DNA of 64,000 nucleotides, from positions 96,001 through 160,000 of the forward strand of contig CAVPSJ010000012.1 of the NCBI GenBank assembly GCA_963708295.1, given 5' to 3'. Both the position numbers and the translations under genes were made by a program. Shown piece by piece: positions 32,910 through 43,187 of the stretch; position 1 is the stretch's first letter, and every line of letters starts with the position of its first letter. The DNA is from an uncultured delta proteobacterium. GTDB taxonomy: Bacteria; Desulfobacterota; BSN033; UBA1163. The notes below the pieces were generated by a model. The model was given only the letters and a program-made list of their open reading frames with translations, did no database searches and was not told the origin of the DNA.

Positions 32910-33745
32910 CTAGGCTTTCACGACCCTCGTATCGCAGATGCGATCATGGAGCGCCCGTTTTTCCTCATCGAAAGCCACCATGATGTAGCCAATGCAAAGA
33001 ATGATAGAGCTGAGCAAGTTCTGCAAAGAACCTGCCGCAGGCCCGGCCATAGGTGATCTTCTCACCGTCCGGTCTCACGACCTTGAGACCGCATGCCATT
33101 TTCCCAGGGGTGGCGCTGTATTTGCCGAGGAAATAGGTGACGTAGGCAACGCTAAGGGCAAGGGAAGAGACGTTCTGGATGATGGCGACTCCGATGCCTG
33201 TGCCTTATCACTGAAATTTCCAAAAATCCGAGAACAAATCCGACGACACCGAGGATGATTCCGTCGATGAATTCTGGCTCCAACGCGGATCCAGAATCCG
33301 GCATACACCATTTCTCCCGCAACGGTCACACCCTCCTTCAGCTTCTGCACAAACAGCGGTTTGCACTTACCGCACACCAAAGCATCACCGAATTGGATGA
33401 GTTCATCGTCAAAATACACCATTCCGCATTGGCTGCAGTTTTTCGCCGTCCTCGACGTTCGACCTTCTGAAGGACCATTGGAGGGAATCTGAAAGAGGTC
33501 TTCTGATGGAATGTCTAAATTCAATTCTAATGCGGCCCTTGGGGAGACTTGTGAAAGCGCATTTGAAAAAGCCCTCGGAGGGGGGGCTTCGGAAGAGTCC
33601 TTGAGGAGGGAGGACTTGAAGGAGGTCTCGGAGAAGCTCTTCGAGGAGCCTCCGAGGGAGCTTCGAGAACGGCGCCACAGGCCTTGCAGGTGGCACTAGG
33701 CAATTGCGTCAACCCACACTTAGAGCATTTTGCACCGTATAGCAT
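32910..33745 (-). pseudogene. Zn-ribbon-fused RDD family protein (frameshifted)
   Basis: CSKC..CKAC, Pro-rich linker, CSQC..CGKC, YAGFWIR, GATPGKMACGL, KRALHDRICDTRVVKA*. Confidence 0.75.
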
Positions 33746-33889
33746 GTTTCAACACCTCTCTCTCATTGAATTGTCTGGTTCCCGTTAGTCGACTTTATTC
33801 TTTCTCCTCGCGCGGAAAGCAGCGAATTTTTTTAACCGGGTCAACGGATTCTTGATCTCCACCGCTGACCAAATCGACTCACTGAACAA

Positions 33890-33906
33890 AGCAATTCCGA
33901 TGCCAA
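33890..33906 (-). promoter_or_regulatory. Sigma-54 (-24/-12) promoter
   Basis: Minus strand TTGGCATCGGAATTGCT (GG-N10-GC) about 145 nt upstream of operon; AT-rich tract just upstream. Confidence 0.65.
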
Positions 33907-34317
33907 CAGGATTTTATTTAACAATTTCAAATAATTGTGTTTAGTTGAATGTACAAGAAAGCCAAAAGTGGAAAATTTTTTGCCATTCTCGCCAAAGAAT
34001 GTCCAAAAATGTGTAATAGCAAAGAAATCATATAGATAGAGTACTAATATCGTCAATCATCGAAGGCGTTTTGGAGATAGACGGACAAACTATGTTTTCA
34101 CCACGGGCGTCGTCCCCTGTCTGTGACGGGCAGAGGCGATTCAGACATGGACTTGAGGGAAGGGAACGGGCTAGAAGAATTCCTAAAAATACCCTTAGAT
34201 TTTCAATGAAATACAGTAAATCCCCCATTTACGATATCAGCCTTTTTCTCGTAGTGTACAAGGAGTACAAACAAAAACCTTTCGGGTCGTCGAATACCTG
34301 GGCTGTTCCTGATAAGA

Positions 34318-35127
34318 ATGAAAACACCACTCGCCATAAAAATCTCGATTTTACTCATGGGAGTTATTTTTTCCTACGGCCCTCTCTATGCTCATGTGGA
34401 GCAATCAAAAGATCTTTCCGGAATCGGAATCGACGAGAAGCTGGGTCAATTTGTCCCTCTTGACCTGACCTTTAATGACGAATTCGGCAACCCGGTTATC
34501 CTCAAGCAATTGATTCACACACCCATCATTCTTGCCCCTGTCTATTTGCACTGCCCCAATGTCTGCAGTCTTCTACTGCAGAACCTGGCGGACGTTTTGG
34601 ACAAATTACCGGCTGAACCGGACAAAGAATACAGCGTGATTTCAGTCAGTTTTGATGAAACAGAAAAGCCGGAACTCGCCCTTGAGAAGAAGAGAACTTA
34701 TTTGAAAATGATCCGAAAACCCTTCTCTGAAGACGCCTGGAGGTTTTTGACTGGAGACAAAGAGACTATTCACGAGCTGACGGATGCCATTGGATTCCAT
34801 TTCAAGAGAGTGGGGCAAGATTTTGAACACCCCGTGGCTTTAATCATTCTTGCCCCTGATGGAAAGATCATCCGCTACATGTACGGGGCGGATCCCCTCC
34901 CCTTTGACCTGAAGATGGCCGTCGCTGAAGCTTCCCAGGGGAAGATCGGCCCTGCCATCAGCAAGGTTGTTCGATTCTGCTTCCGTTACGATCCTAAGGC
35001 CAATAAACTCGTGTTTAATACGTTGAAAGTGACCGGAACCGTCACCCTGATTTTTGCGTTATCCTTTATCGTGTTTCTTCTTTTCAAAGGCAAGAAACAG
35101 CAGACTCAACAGGAGCAACAGGAATGA
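34318..35127 (+). CDS. SCO family copper chaperone
   Basis: YLHCPNVC (CxxxC), WRFLTG, FEHP. Confidence 0.92.
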   Translation: MKTPLAIKISILLMGVIFSYGPLYAHVEQSKDLSGIGIDEKLGQFVPLDLTFNDEFGNPVILKQLIHTPIILAPVYLHCPNVCSLLLQNLADVLDKLPAEPDKEYSVISVSFDETEKPELALEKKRTYLKMIRKPFSEDAWRFLTGDKETIHELTDAIGFHFKRVGQDFEHPVALIILAPDGKIIRYMYGADPLPFDLKMAVAEASQGKIGPAISKVVRFCFRYDPKANKLVFNTLKVTGTVTLIFALSFIVFLLFKGKKQQTQQEQQE

Positions 35128-36761
35128 CATCAACCGGAGCGGCGGAGAGCATTCGTCCAAGGACCAGTTTTTATCAAGACCACGGCCGATATCGCGGAAT
35201 CCTTTCATGGGTTCTCACCTCAGACCACAAAAGAATCGGCCTTCTTTACTTTATTTTTGTCATCGCCTTCTTTTTTAGTGGAGTGGTCCTGGGATTCTTC
35301 ATGCGCCTGGAGATGATTGCCCCCGGAGGGGCCATCATGAAACCCCGGACATACAATTCTCTTTTTACGTTGCACGGGATCATCATGATCTTTCTGGTCG
35401 TCATCCCTGCGATTCCGACCATTTTTGGGAATTTTTTTCTTCCGATTCAAATCGGGGCCAGAGATGTTGCCTTCCCGAGAATCAATCTTTTATCCTGGTG
35501 GCTCTATATTTCCGGGGCAGCGATTGTCGCCCTCTCCGTCTTCACCGGCGACGGACCTCCTGATACAGGGTGGACATTCTATGCGCCGTACAGCCTAAGG
35601 ACCACGGTCAATGTCCCCCTTGCGGTTTCTGGTGTCTTTGTTTTGGGCATGTCCTCGATTTTGACGGGTATCAACCTCGTAACAACCACCCACAGACTGA
35701 GGGCTCCCGGAATGACCTGGAAGCGTCTCCCTCTCTTTGTGTGGGCGATTTACGCGACGTCATGGGTTCAAATTCTTGCCACTCCGGTGATCGGGATTAC
35801 CATGGTACTGATTTTCCTCGAGCGATTCTTTGGAGTGGGGGTATTTGACCCGGCCAAGGGAGGCGATCCCATCCTTTACCAGCATATGTTCTGGATCTAC
35901 TCCCATCCAGCCACTTACATTATGATCCTTCCGGCCATGGGAATCGTCTCGGATGTGGTCCCGGTGTTTGCCAGGAAAAAGATTTTTGGATATATGGCAA
36001 TCGCTCTCTCGGGGATAGCGATCGCCGCCGTGGGATCGCTCGTCTGGGGCCATCATATGTTTGTCAGCGGGCAGAGTGATTTTGCCAACCTCCTCTTCTC
36101 CCTTCTCACTTTCTTGGTGGCCGTTCCCAGTGCGATCAAAGTCTTCAATTGGGTCGCTACTCTCCATAAAGGCTCCATCGTCCTTGAACCCCCTCTCCTG
36201 TATTGTCTCTCCTTCATCTTTCTCTTTTCGATTGGTGGACTGACAGGCTTGATCCAGGGGGCCCTGGCTCCGAATGTCCACCTCCACGATACTTATTGGA
36301 TCCCGGCCCATTTTCATTACATCATCTTCGGCGGGATGGGATTCGGTCTCTTTGCAGCTTTTCACTACTGGTTCCCCAAGATGTTCGGCCGGATGTATAA
36401 CCGAAAAACAGCAAGAATGGCATGGGTCATCATGTTCGTCGGATTTAACATCTTCTATTTCTCCATGCTCCTTCTGGGCTGGCAGGGGATGCCGCGGAGA
36501 TATTACGACTATCTCCCTCAATTCCGGACCCTCCATCTGACAGCGACCTTCGGTTCCTGGATTCTCATCGCTGGGCTGATTGTCATGTTTGCCAATCTTT
36601 TCCGTGGACTCTTTAAGGGTGAAAAGGCAGAAGACAACCCCTGGGGCGCAGCGACGCTCGAATGGCAAATTCCCTCCCCGCCCCCAACAGAGAACTTTGA
36701 AAAAATTCCGGTCATCCAACACGGCCCCTATGATTTTAAGGAGTTTTCTAGAAATGGATGA
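35124..36761 (+). CDS. coxA: Heme-copper oxidase subunit I, A2-type
   Basis: DHKRIG, HGIIMIF, GWTFY, YSHPATY, WGHHMF, AHFHY, GMPRRY. Confidence 0.95.
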   Translation: MTSTGAAESIRPRTSFYQDHGRYRGILSWVLTSDHKRIGLLYFIFVIAFFFSGVVLGFFMRLEMIAPGGAIMKPRTYNSLFTLHGIIMIFLVVIPAIPTIFGNFFLPIQIGARDVAFPRINLLSWWLYISGAAIVALSVFTGDGPPDTGWTFYAPYSLRTTVNVPLAVSGVFVLGMSSILTGINLVTTTHRLRAPGMTWKRLPLFVWAIYATSWVQILATPVIGITMVLIFLERFFGVGVFDPAKGGDPILYQHMFWIYSHPATYIMILPAMGIVSDVVPVFARKKIFGYMAIALSGIAIAAVGSLVWGHHMFVSGQSDFANLLFSLLTFLVAVPSAIKVFNWVATLHKGSIVLEPPLLYCLSFIFLFSIGGLTGLIQGALAPNVHLHDTYWIPAHFHYIIFGGMGFGLFAAFHYWFPKMFGRMYNRKTARMAWVIMFVGFNIFYFSMLLLGWQGMPRRYYDYLPQFRTLHLTATFGSWILIAGLIVMFANLFRGLFKGEKAEDNPWGAATLEWQIPSPPPTENFEKIPVIQHGPYDFKEFSRNG

Positions 36762-37374
36762 GGCGAAAACACTCGTTCTTGAAGAGACCAGGGAGCATAC
36801 CAGCGCAAAATTGGGCATGTGGCTTTTCATCCTGTCCGAGCTTCTTCTCTTCGGGGGGATGTTCATTCTCTATTCTGCGTACCGGTATAAAAACCCGGTC
36901 GATTTTCATCATGCCTCGCGGGAGCTTGAGGTTCTTCTCGGAACCCTCAACACCATCATCCTCCTGACGAGCAGTTTAAGCATGGCCGCTTCCATTTCGG
37001 CCCTTCAGAGAGGACAGCGTCAATTATCCATGGTCTTGTTGGTGGTCACGATGGCCCTTGGCCTTCTGTTTCTCGTCGACAAGGGCTTTGAATGGGGGAC
37101 GAAGATTGAACATGGTATTTATCCGAATTCTCCGACCCTTTTGGCCCGCGCGAATGGCGAGATTCTCTTCTACGGCCTTTATTACGTGATGACAGGACTC
37201 CATGGGCTCCATGTCCTCGTGGGAGTCTGCGTTCTTTTTGGGATGCTGATGCTCATTGCAAAAGACAGGATAAACCAGACGCGTTTCGCCTCCCTGGAAA
37301 ACGCCGGATTGTACTGGCACCTGGTCGATATCATCTGGATCTTTCTGTACCCCCTGTTCTATTTGATTACGTAA
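36754..37374 (+). CDS. coxC: Cytochrome c oxidase subunit III
   Basis: GMWLFILSELLLF, NTIILLTSS, TGLHGLHV, GLYWHLVDIIW. Confidence 0.93.
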   Translation: MDEAKTLVLEETREHTSAKLGMWLFILSELLLFGGMFILYSAYRYKNPVDFHHASRELEVLLGTLNTIILLTSSLSMAASISALQRGQRQLSMVLLVVTMALGLLFLVDKGFEWGTKIEHGIYPNSPTLLARANGEILFYGLYYVMTGLHGLHVLVGVCVLFGMLMLIAKDRINQTRFASLENAGLYWHLVDIIWIFLYPLFYLIT

Positions 37375-37426
37375 TACCCCACCCTCCTTGAGAGACGGGG
37401 CATCATGGGGATGGAGGGTAAATATG

Positions 37427-37471
37427 GATGGGACAGGTGGTCAACTTTGTCAGCTGACCACCTGTCCCATC
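37427..37471. repeat. Perfect 17-bp inverted repeat
   Basis: GATGGGACAGGTGGTCA-11nt-TGACCACCTGTCCCATC. Confidence 0.8.
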
Positions 37472-37519
37472 TTGCAACGAAAGTGTAATGAAGATAGAGT
37501 GGGAGAATTCCAAGAAACG

Positions 37520-37678
37520 GGGCAGGCAGACGGGTGAAAAAGCTTTAGAGCGCAACCTTATTAAATATGACACTCACGGAAGCAAGCCATGCAAAAATTC
37601 ACTTTCTCGCAACAGAGACAATGACCCCTCACATTAAACGCGCGCATTCTAAAGCTTTGGAATCCGGCTGTCTGTTCC
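37520..37678. repeat. Long-stem structured repeat, copy 2
   Basis: CAGACGGGT..AAAGCTTTAGAGCG ... CGCATTCTAAAGCTTT..ATCCGGCTG; homologous to 721-873. Confidence 0.7.
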
Positions 37679-37762
37679 GTTTTTCCCCTCCTCTGCTCGA
37701 TTGCGGCATAATCTCTGAGCAAAAGAGAGAATAGTGGAATCTTGAGAGGGAACGGAGCGAAG

Positions 37763-38041
37763 ATGGTGAAGTATCGAACCTATCTCCTGGTCTGGGTGGG
37801 TCTGGTCATCCTGACAGGATTGACATTTAGCGTTGCAGGGAGGGAACTCGGCGGCTGGACCGTTCTCGTCGCTTTGGCGATCGCAGGGACGAAGTCCGGA
37901 CTGGTCCTAAACTATTTCATGCACCTCCGTTCCGAAAGACTCCTCATCTTCAGAGTGCTCATCCCCCTGGTCATGGCCGTTTTCCTCATATTCATCCTCC
38001 TGACCTTTGCAGACCTGGCCTTTCGAGGTGACGTAAAATGA
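37763..38041 (+). CDS. coxD: Cytochrome c oxidase subunit IV
   Basis: Three TM, KSGLVLNYFMHL. Confidence 0.88.
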   Translation: MVKYRTYLLVWVGLVILTGLTFSVAGRELGGWTVLVALAIAGTKSGLVLNYFMHLRSERLLIFRVLIPLVMAVFLIFILLTFADLAFRGDVK

Positions 38042-38955
38042 ATTTCCTGGGATCGACAGGTTTATCAGGCAGGGTAGTAGACAACGTCTTTCTCTATATT
38101 CTCATCATCTGCGTTTTCCTCCTGGGGCTCATCACCTTCTTGATGATTTACTTCGTGATCCGCTACCGGCGGGAAAGACACCCTACGCCGGCGGATATCG
38201 AAGGGAGCACCTGGCTGGAAATTACCTGGACGGTCATACCGACGCTGATCGTTCTCACCATGTTCTATTATGGACTGACCGGCTTCGAATTCTTAAAGAA
38301 GGTCCCCGAGGGGGCAATGGTGGTCAACGTGATGGCCCGCCAGTGGTCCTGGCTCTTTCAGTACGAGAATGGGATCCAGGACACGAAGTTGACGGTTCCG
38401 GTAGGAAAACCTGTCAAACTCCTCCTGAGGTCGCAGGACGTCATCCACGGCTTTTATGCGCCCGCTTTCCGGATCAAACAGGATAGCGTCCCGGGAATGA
38501 CGAACACCTTATGGTTTCAGCCGACCGAAGTAGGAACGTATGATGTGATGTGTTCACAGTATTGCGGGCTCGAGCATTCCCACATGCTTTCAAAAATTAT
38601 GGTTCTTCCCCAGGAAGAGTTCACAAAGTGGTACCAGGGAAAGGGGGCAGAAATGGCGGTAAAGGGCCCTCCCCCGGGATCGCAACTCTACCAGGTTAAA
38701 GGGTGTGTCGCCTGCCACAGCACCGATGGAAGTCCCCGGGTCGGCCCGACTTTCAAGGGACTTCTTGGAAAGAAGGAGGCGGTCACCAGCGGAGGGAAGA
38801 AGGAGATCCTGGTGGTGGATGAGGCTTTCATCCGGAAATTCATATTAGAGCCCAACATGGTCCACATTGAAGGATATCCTCCCATCATGCCCAAAATAAG
38901 CATGACCGACCAGGAGCTCGCGGCACTGGTCGACTATATAAAAAGCTTGAAGTGA
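38038..38955 (+). CDS. coxB: Cytochrome c oxidase subunit II with C-terminal cytochrome c
   Basis: LEITWT, DVIHGF, CSQYCGLEHSHM (CuA), CVACH. Confidence 0.94.
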   Translation: MNFLGSTGLSGRVVDNVFLYILIICVFLLGLITFLMIYFVIRYRRERHPTPADIEGSTWLEITWTVIPTLIVLTMFYYGLTGFEFLKKVPEGAMVVNVMARQWSWLFQYENGIQDTKLTVPVGKPVKLLLRSQDVIHGFYAPAFRIKQDSVPGMTNTLWFQPTEVGTYDVMCSQYCGLEHSHMLSKIMVLPQEEFTKWYQGKGAEMAVKGPPPGSQLYQVKGCVACHSTDGSPRVGPTFKGLLGKKEAVTSGGKKEILVVDEAFIRKFILEPNMVHIEGYPPIMPKISMTDQELAALVDYIKSLK

Positions 38956-39881
38956 GGGAGAACGTGAGGACAACCGCCATCCATGTGAGAGGCATCTTCG
39001 GTCACCCAATCTACCTAACGAGAGAGTGTGCCAGTCTATTTCTTCAGCTCACAAAGATAAAAATCTCTCTCCTTGCCACCCTCTCGACGGCCACAGGGTA
39101 TCTTCTCGCAACGGGAAGGATCACGATTCACATGCTTGTGCCAACGGCAGCCGTTTTCCTTCTCGCCTGCGGCTCCTGTGCCCTCAATCAATATCAGGAA
39201 AGCGAAATAGACCAACGGATGGAAAGGACAAAATCGAGGCCCATCCCTTCCGGAAGGCTGGATCCTGAGACGGCCCTCTGGATCTCACTAAGCTTGATTC
39301 TTTCAGGGGCTCTCACCCTCTTTTTCGGAGCCGGGGACCTGGCATTGGCTTTAGGTCTTTTTGCTGTTCTCTGGTACAATATAATCTATACGCCTCTCAA
39401 GCAGAAAACGGCCTTTGCGGCCGTTCCGGGCGCTCTGGTCGGAGCGATACCGCCTGCCCTGGGATGGGTCGCAGGAGGGGGAGAGATATTCGATCCCAGG
39501 ATAGGAGGGGTCGCGCTCTTCTTCTTCATCTGGCAGATCCCTCATTTCTGGATTCTCCTGCTAGTTGCTTCAAAAGATTACGAGAACGCCGGGCTTCCTT
39601 CCATCACAAGAATCTTTTCGACGGAACAGATCAAAGGAATCATTTTTATCTGGCTTTTGTCTACAGGAGTTTCATCTCTTATCTTTCCTTTATTCGGCTT
39701 TTTGAATTCCTTCATTTTCTATATGTTATTAACGGCCGCAGTGTTTTGGCTCTTTTGGAGTGCCACCATTTTTTTAAGGTCTCATGATGATAAAGACTCG
39801 GTGAGGGCCACCTTCATCAAATTGAATATTTTTGCCGTCTTCGCCATCTCACTCCTTTCCGTTGACAGATTGTTGAGTTGA
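38952..39881 (+). CDS. ctaB: Protoheme IX farnesyltransferase (heme O synthase)
   Basis: NQYQESEIDQRMERTKSRPIPSG, YTPLK, WQIPHFW. Confidence 0.92.
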   Translation: MRENVRTTAIHVRGIFGHPIYLTRECASLFLQLTKIKISLLATLSTATGYLLATGRITIHMLVPTAAVFLLACGSCALNQYQESEIDQRMERTKSRPIPSGRLDPETALWISLSLILSGALTLFFGAGDLALALGLFAVLWYNIIYTPLKQKTAFAAVPGALVGAIPPALGWVAGGGEIFDPRIGGVALFFFIWQIPHFWILLLVASKDYENAGLPSITRIFSTEQIKGIIFIWLLSTGVSSLIFPLFGFLNSFIFYMLLTAAVFWLFWSATIFLRSHDDKDSVRATFIKLNIFAVFAISLLSVDRLLS

Positions 39882-39920
39882 TGATTTTGAAGTGATGCGG
39901 CATCGGTGGCCGATTTTGAC

Positions 39921-39950
39921 TTGACAGATTTGGAAGCTTGCGAATAGACT
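39921..39950 (+). promoter_or_regulatory. Sigma-70-type promoter, probable leaderless start
   Basis: TTGACA-18nt-TAGACT, 6 nt before ATG 39957; no SD. Confidence 0.5.
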
Positions 39951-39956
39951 GAAACT

Positions 39957-40508
39957 ATGAAGAAGAAAGTCGCTTTTCTCGTGGCGGTGGTCCTCGTGCT
40001 TCTTCTTGCCACGGTTGCATGGTTTCGCTTCCGGGTTCCGACGAAATCCCTTCTTTTCTCCGTTTTCCCAATTTTGAGAAGTGAGCCTGTCGATCAACCT
40101 ATCCGCTTCAGTCATATTCACCATAAGGAAGTCGCCAAGTTGGACTGCATTTTTTGCCATCGATATGTTGGCGAATATCGTGCCGCAGGGATCCCGAACA
40201 TAGAACTCTGCCGAATCTGTCATTCTAGCGATGCAATCAGTAAGAGACCCGAGGCATTAAAAGTGGTTGAATATGTCAAGGCGGGGAGAAGGATTCCGTG
40301 GAACCGAATGTACGAGCTTCCTAAATTTGTCGTCTTTCCTCACTGGGTCCATATCCAAAGTCAAATTGACTGTTCCACCTGTCACGGGGTTACCGGCATC
40401 AGTGATGTCCCTGTCAGGATGGTTGACCGAATATATATGGAGTGGTGCGTGGATTGCCACAAGAGGAGAGAAGCGGATACGGATTGTTATACATGCCACT
40501 CGAGTTAA
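39957..40508 (+). CDS. Membrane-anchored pentaheme cytochrome c (ActA/QrcA-like)
   Basis: N-terminal TM, QPIRFSH, five CxxCH (CIFCH, CRICH, CSTCH, CVDCH, CYTCH). Confidence 0.88.
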   Translation: MKKKVAFLVAVVLVLLLATVAWFRFRVPTKSLLFSVFPILRSEPVDQPIRFSHIHHKEVAKLDCIFCHRYVGEYRAAGIPNIELCRICHSSDAISKRPEALKVVEYVKAGRRIPWNRMYELPKFVVFPHWVHIQSQIDCSTCHGVTGISDVPVRMVDRIYMEWCVDCHKRREADTDCYTCHSS

Positions 40509-40522
40509 GCGCAGAGAGATAT

Positions 40523-40655
40523 GGAAGCACCAAATCCCAAGCACCAAATTTCAAATAAATTCCAATCACCCAAATTCGAAACAAAATCTGTTTTGGTCAT
40601 TTGAAATTCGAAATTGGAGCTTATTTGGGATTTGGAATTTGTGATTAGGGATTTT
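40523..40655. repeat. Heptamer-periodic inverted repeat
   Basis: CAAATCC-like units mirrored by GGATTTG-like units; close to reverse complement of 49506-49630. Confidence 0.8.
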
Positions 40656-40690
40656 AGACCCAATACTCTGTGCAGATTTAGATTAGGGCG

Positions 40691-43078
40691 ATGAAGATTA
40701 ATAGAAGAGAATTGCTAAAGTTGATGGGGGCGGCAACCCTGGGGGCGGCGCTGCCGGATGAACTCCTCCATGCCTTGCCCAAAGAGGGGGAATGGATTCC
40801 GTATGAGGAGTATTGGTCCACGGGTATCTGTCTTCAATGTCCCAGCGGATGCGGCCTCCGCATTCGCTCCGTCAACCATTGGCCGGTCAAGTTGGAAGGA
40901 ATAAAGGATTATCCCATCAACAAAGGCCGGCTCTGTCCAAAGGGTCAATCGGGCCTTCAGGTCCTCTACGATCCGGATCGAATCCGCCATCCCTTGAGGA
41001 GAAAAGGCAAAAGAGGAGAAGGGAGCTGGGAAAAGATTTCATGGGAGGAAGGTCTCCGGCTCGTTGTCGACAGATTGAAGGACCTGCGGCGAGAGGAAAG
41101 ACCTCAAGGTCTGATGGCCTGGGGAGGACGGTACCGCGGTCACATGGGAGAACTAATGGCGCGATTTATGGAAGCCTATGGCTCTCCCAACCACCTTGGA
41201 AATTCTGCGAGGGGCTCCGAGGGCATTTTAAAGGGTCATCTTTTCACCATGGGTGTAAGAGACTTTCTGGCGATCCACTGGGAAGAGGTGAATTATGTCC
41301 TCTCCTTTGGGGCCAGCCTTCTGGAAGCATCGAGACCTTCAATAAGAAATCTCTGGGGCTATGGATTTCTAAGAAGAGGAAGGCCCGGCATCAGGGGAAA
41401 AATTGTCCAGATCGAGCCGAGATTCTCTGTGACCGCATCAAAGGCAGACCAATGGGTTCCCATTCAGCCCGGGACCGATGGAGCGCTGGCTTTGGGGATT
41501 GCTCACTGGATGATCAAGGAGAAAAAATACGATCGCCCGTTCGTGGACCGCCATACCTTTGGATTCGAGGACTGGAAAGATCGTGACGGGAATCCCCATA
41601 TGGGTTTCAGCACCCTAGTGCTCAAAGAATACTCACCCAAGCAGGTCTCTTCATTAACAGGGGTATCCGAAGAGATGATCGTTCAGATGGCAAAAGAATT
41701 CTCATCTCACCTCCCCGGGATCGCCATTTCCGGAAGGGGGGTGGGCATGCAAACCAATGGAACCTACAGTCAGATGGCGATCGACAGCCTCAATGCCCTG
41801 GTCGGTTCGATCGATTCCCCGGGGGGGCTCCTGGTGCAAAGAAAGCCTCCCTTCCAAAACTGGCCTGCTCTTCAGAAAGACGACATCGCTCAAAAGGGCC
41901 TTTCTCAACCCAGGATCGACGGCGCGGGAACGATTCCCTTCCCCTTTGCAGAAGAGCTCCCTTCCGCACTTCCGGAAAGGATCGAGAAAGGCCGAACCTT
42001 ACCCCGTAGACACCCTTTTCCTGTACTATACCAATCCTCTATTCAGCCTTCCTGAAAACCGAAAAACTTCGGCCTGCTTTAGAAAAGGTCCCTTTCATCG
42101 TCAGCTTCTCACCTTTCATGGACGAGAGCAACAATGGTTTCTGATCTGGTCCTTCCGGATGGGACCTTCTTTGAGCGCTGGCAGGATGACGGTGTGGAGC
42201 CCGGATCGGGTTTCCCGATGTTCGGGCTGCGGAGTCCCACGATGGATCAGCCTCTCTACGACACCCGCAATACAGGGGATGTCATTATTCAGATAGCACA
42301 AGGAGTCGGCGGAAATGTTGGCAAATCATTTCCATGGAAGAATTTTCAGGACGCCTTAAAGGATGCCATCAAAGGAGTTTTTGCATCAAAACGGGGGTCG
42401 ATCCAGGCTAAAGATTTTGATCAGTTCTGGGATACCTTAGTCGAGCGAGGGGGTTGGTGGGATCCTCATTATCCCTTCGGAGAATGGAAGAGAAACTTTA
42501 ACACTCCGTCAGGAAAGTTTGAGTTCTTTTCCCTGGCGATGGAACATGGTCTGAAGGAGATTTCGAAAAGGAGCCAAAGGGATCTGGGTCATGTCTTAGG
42601 AGAACTCAAAATTGAGGCGAGAGGAGACAAGGTCTTTCTCCCTCATTTTGAAGAACCCCGATGGGTCGGGGAAGAAAAGGAATACCCTTTCCATCTCATC
42701 AACTACAAACTGATGACCATGGCGGAGGGGAGAGGAGCGAATCAACCCTATCTTCAAGAAATCATCGGACCTCATCTCTATGAAAAATGGGATTCCTGGG
42801 TCGAGATCAATCCGGAAACCGCTAAGAGCCTCGGGATCAAGGATGGAGATCCTGTTTGGGTGGAATCTCCCGCAGGGAAACTGAAATCGAAAGCAAGGCT
42901 TTTTCCGGGAACCCACCCGAAGTGCATTCATATTCCCTATGGACAGGGCCACAAGGCTTATGGCCGCTGGGCAAGAGGGAGGGGGATCAATCCAAATGAC
43001 CTTCTTCCGAGAGAATACGATCATCTGGGCGGGTTTGTCTCTTTCTCTTCAGCGAGGGTGAAGGTGTACAAGGCCTAG
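40691..43078 (+). pseudogene. Tat-exported molybdopterin-oxidoreductase-fold subunit (ActB1/QrcB-like), frameshifted near 41990-42130
   Basis: NRRELLK Tat, CLQCPSGC..LCPKG, PGTDGALALG, TPSGKFEF, VEINPETA. Confidence 0.85.
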
Positions 43079-43187
43079 AGATGATAAGGCGTAGGGAGAT
43101 GGGGAGATAAAGCGATTATTTGACTCCCTGAGAGCGGTGAAAGAAGGATGTTGATAAAAATCACAGTGATGGCAATGGGGCAAAGAG

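Noticed and set aside
35124-36761. Nitric oxide reductase
   Set aside because: Retains the cross-link Tyr, D- and K-channel residues and subunits II-IV
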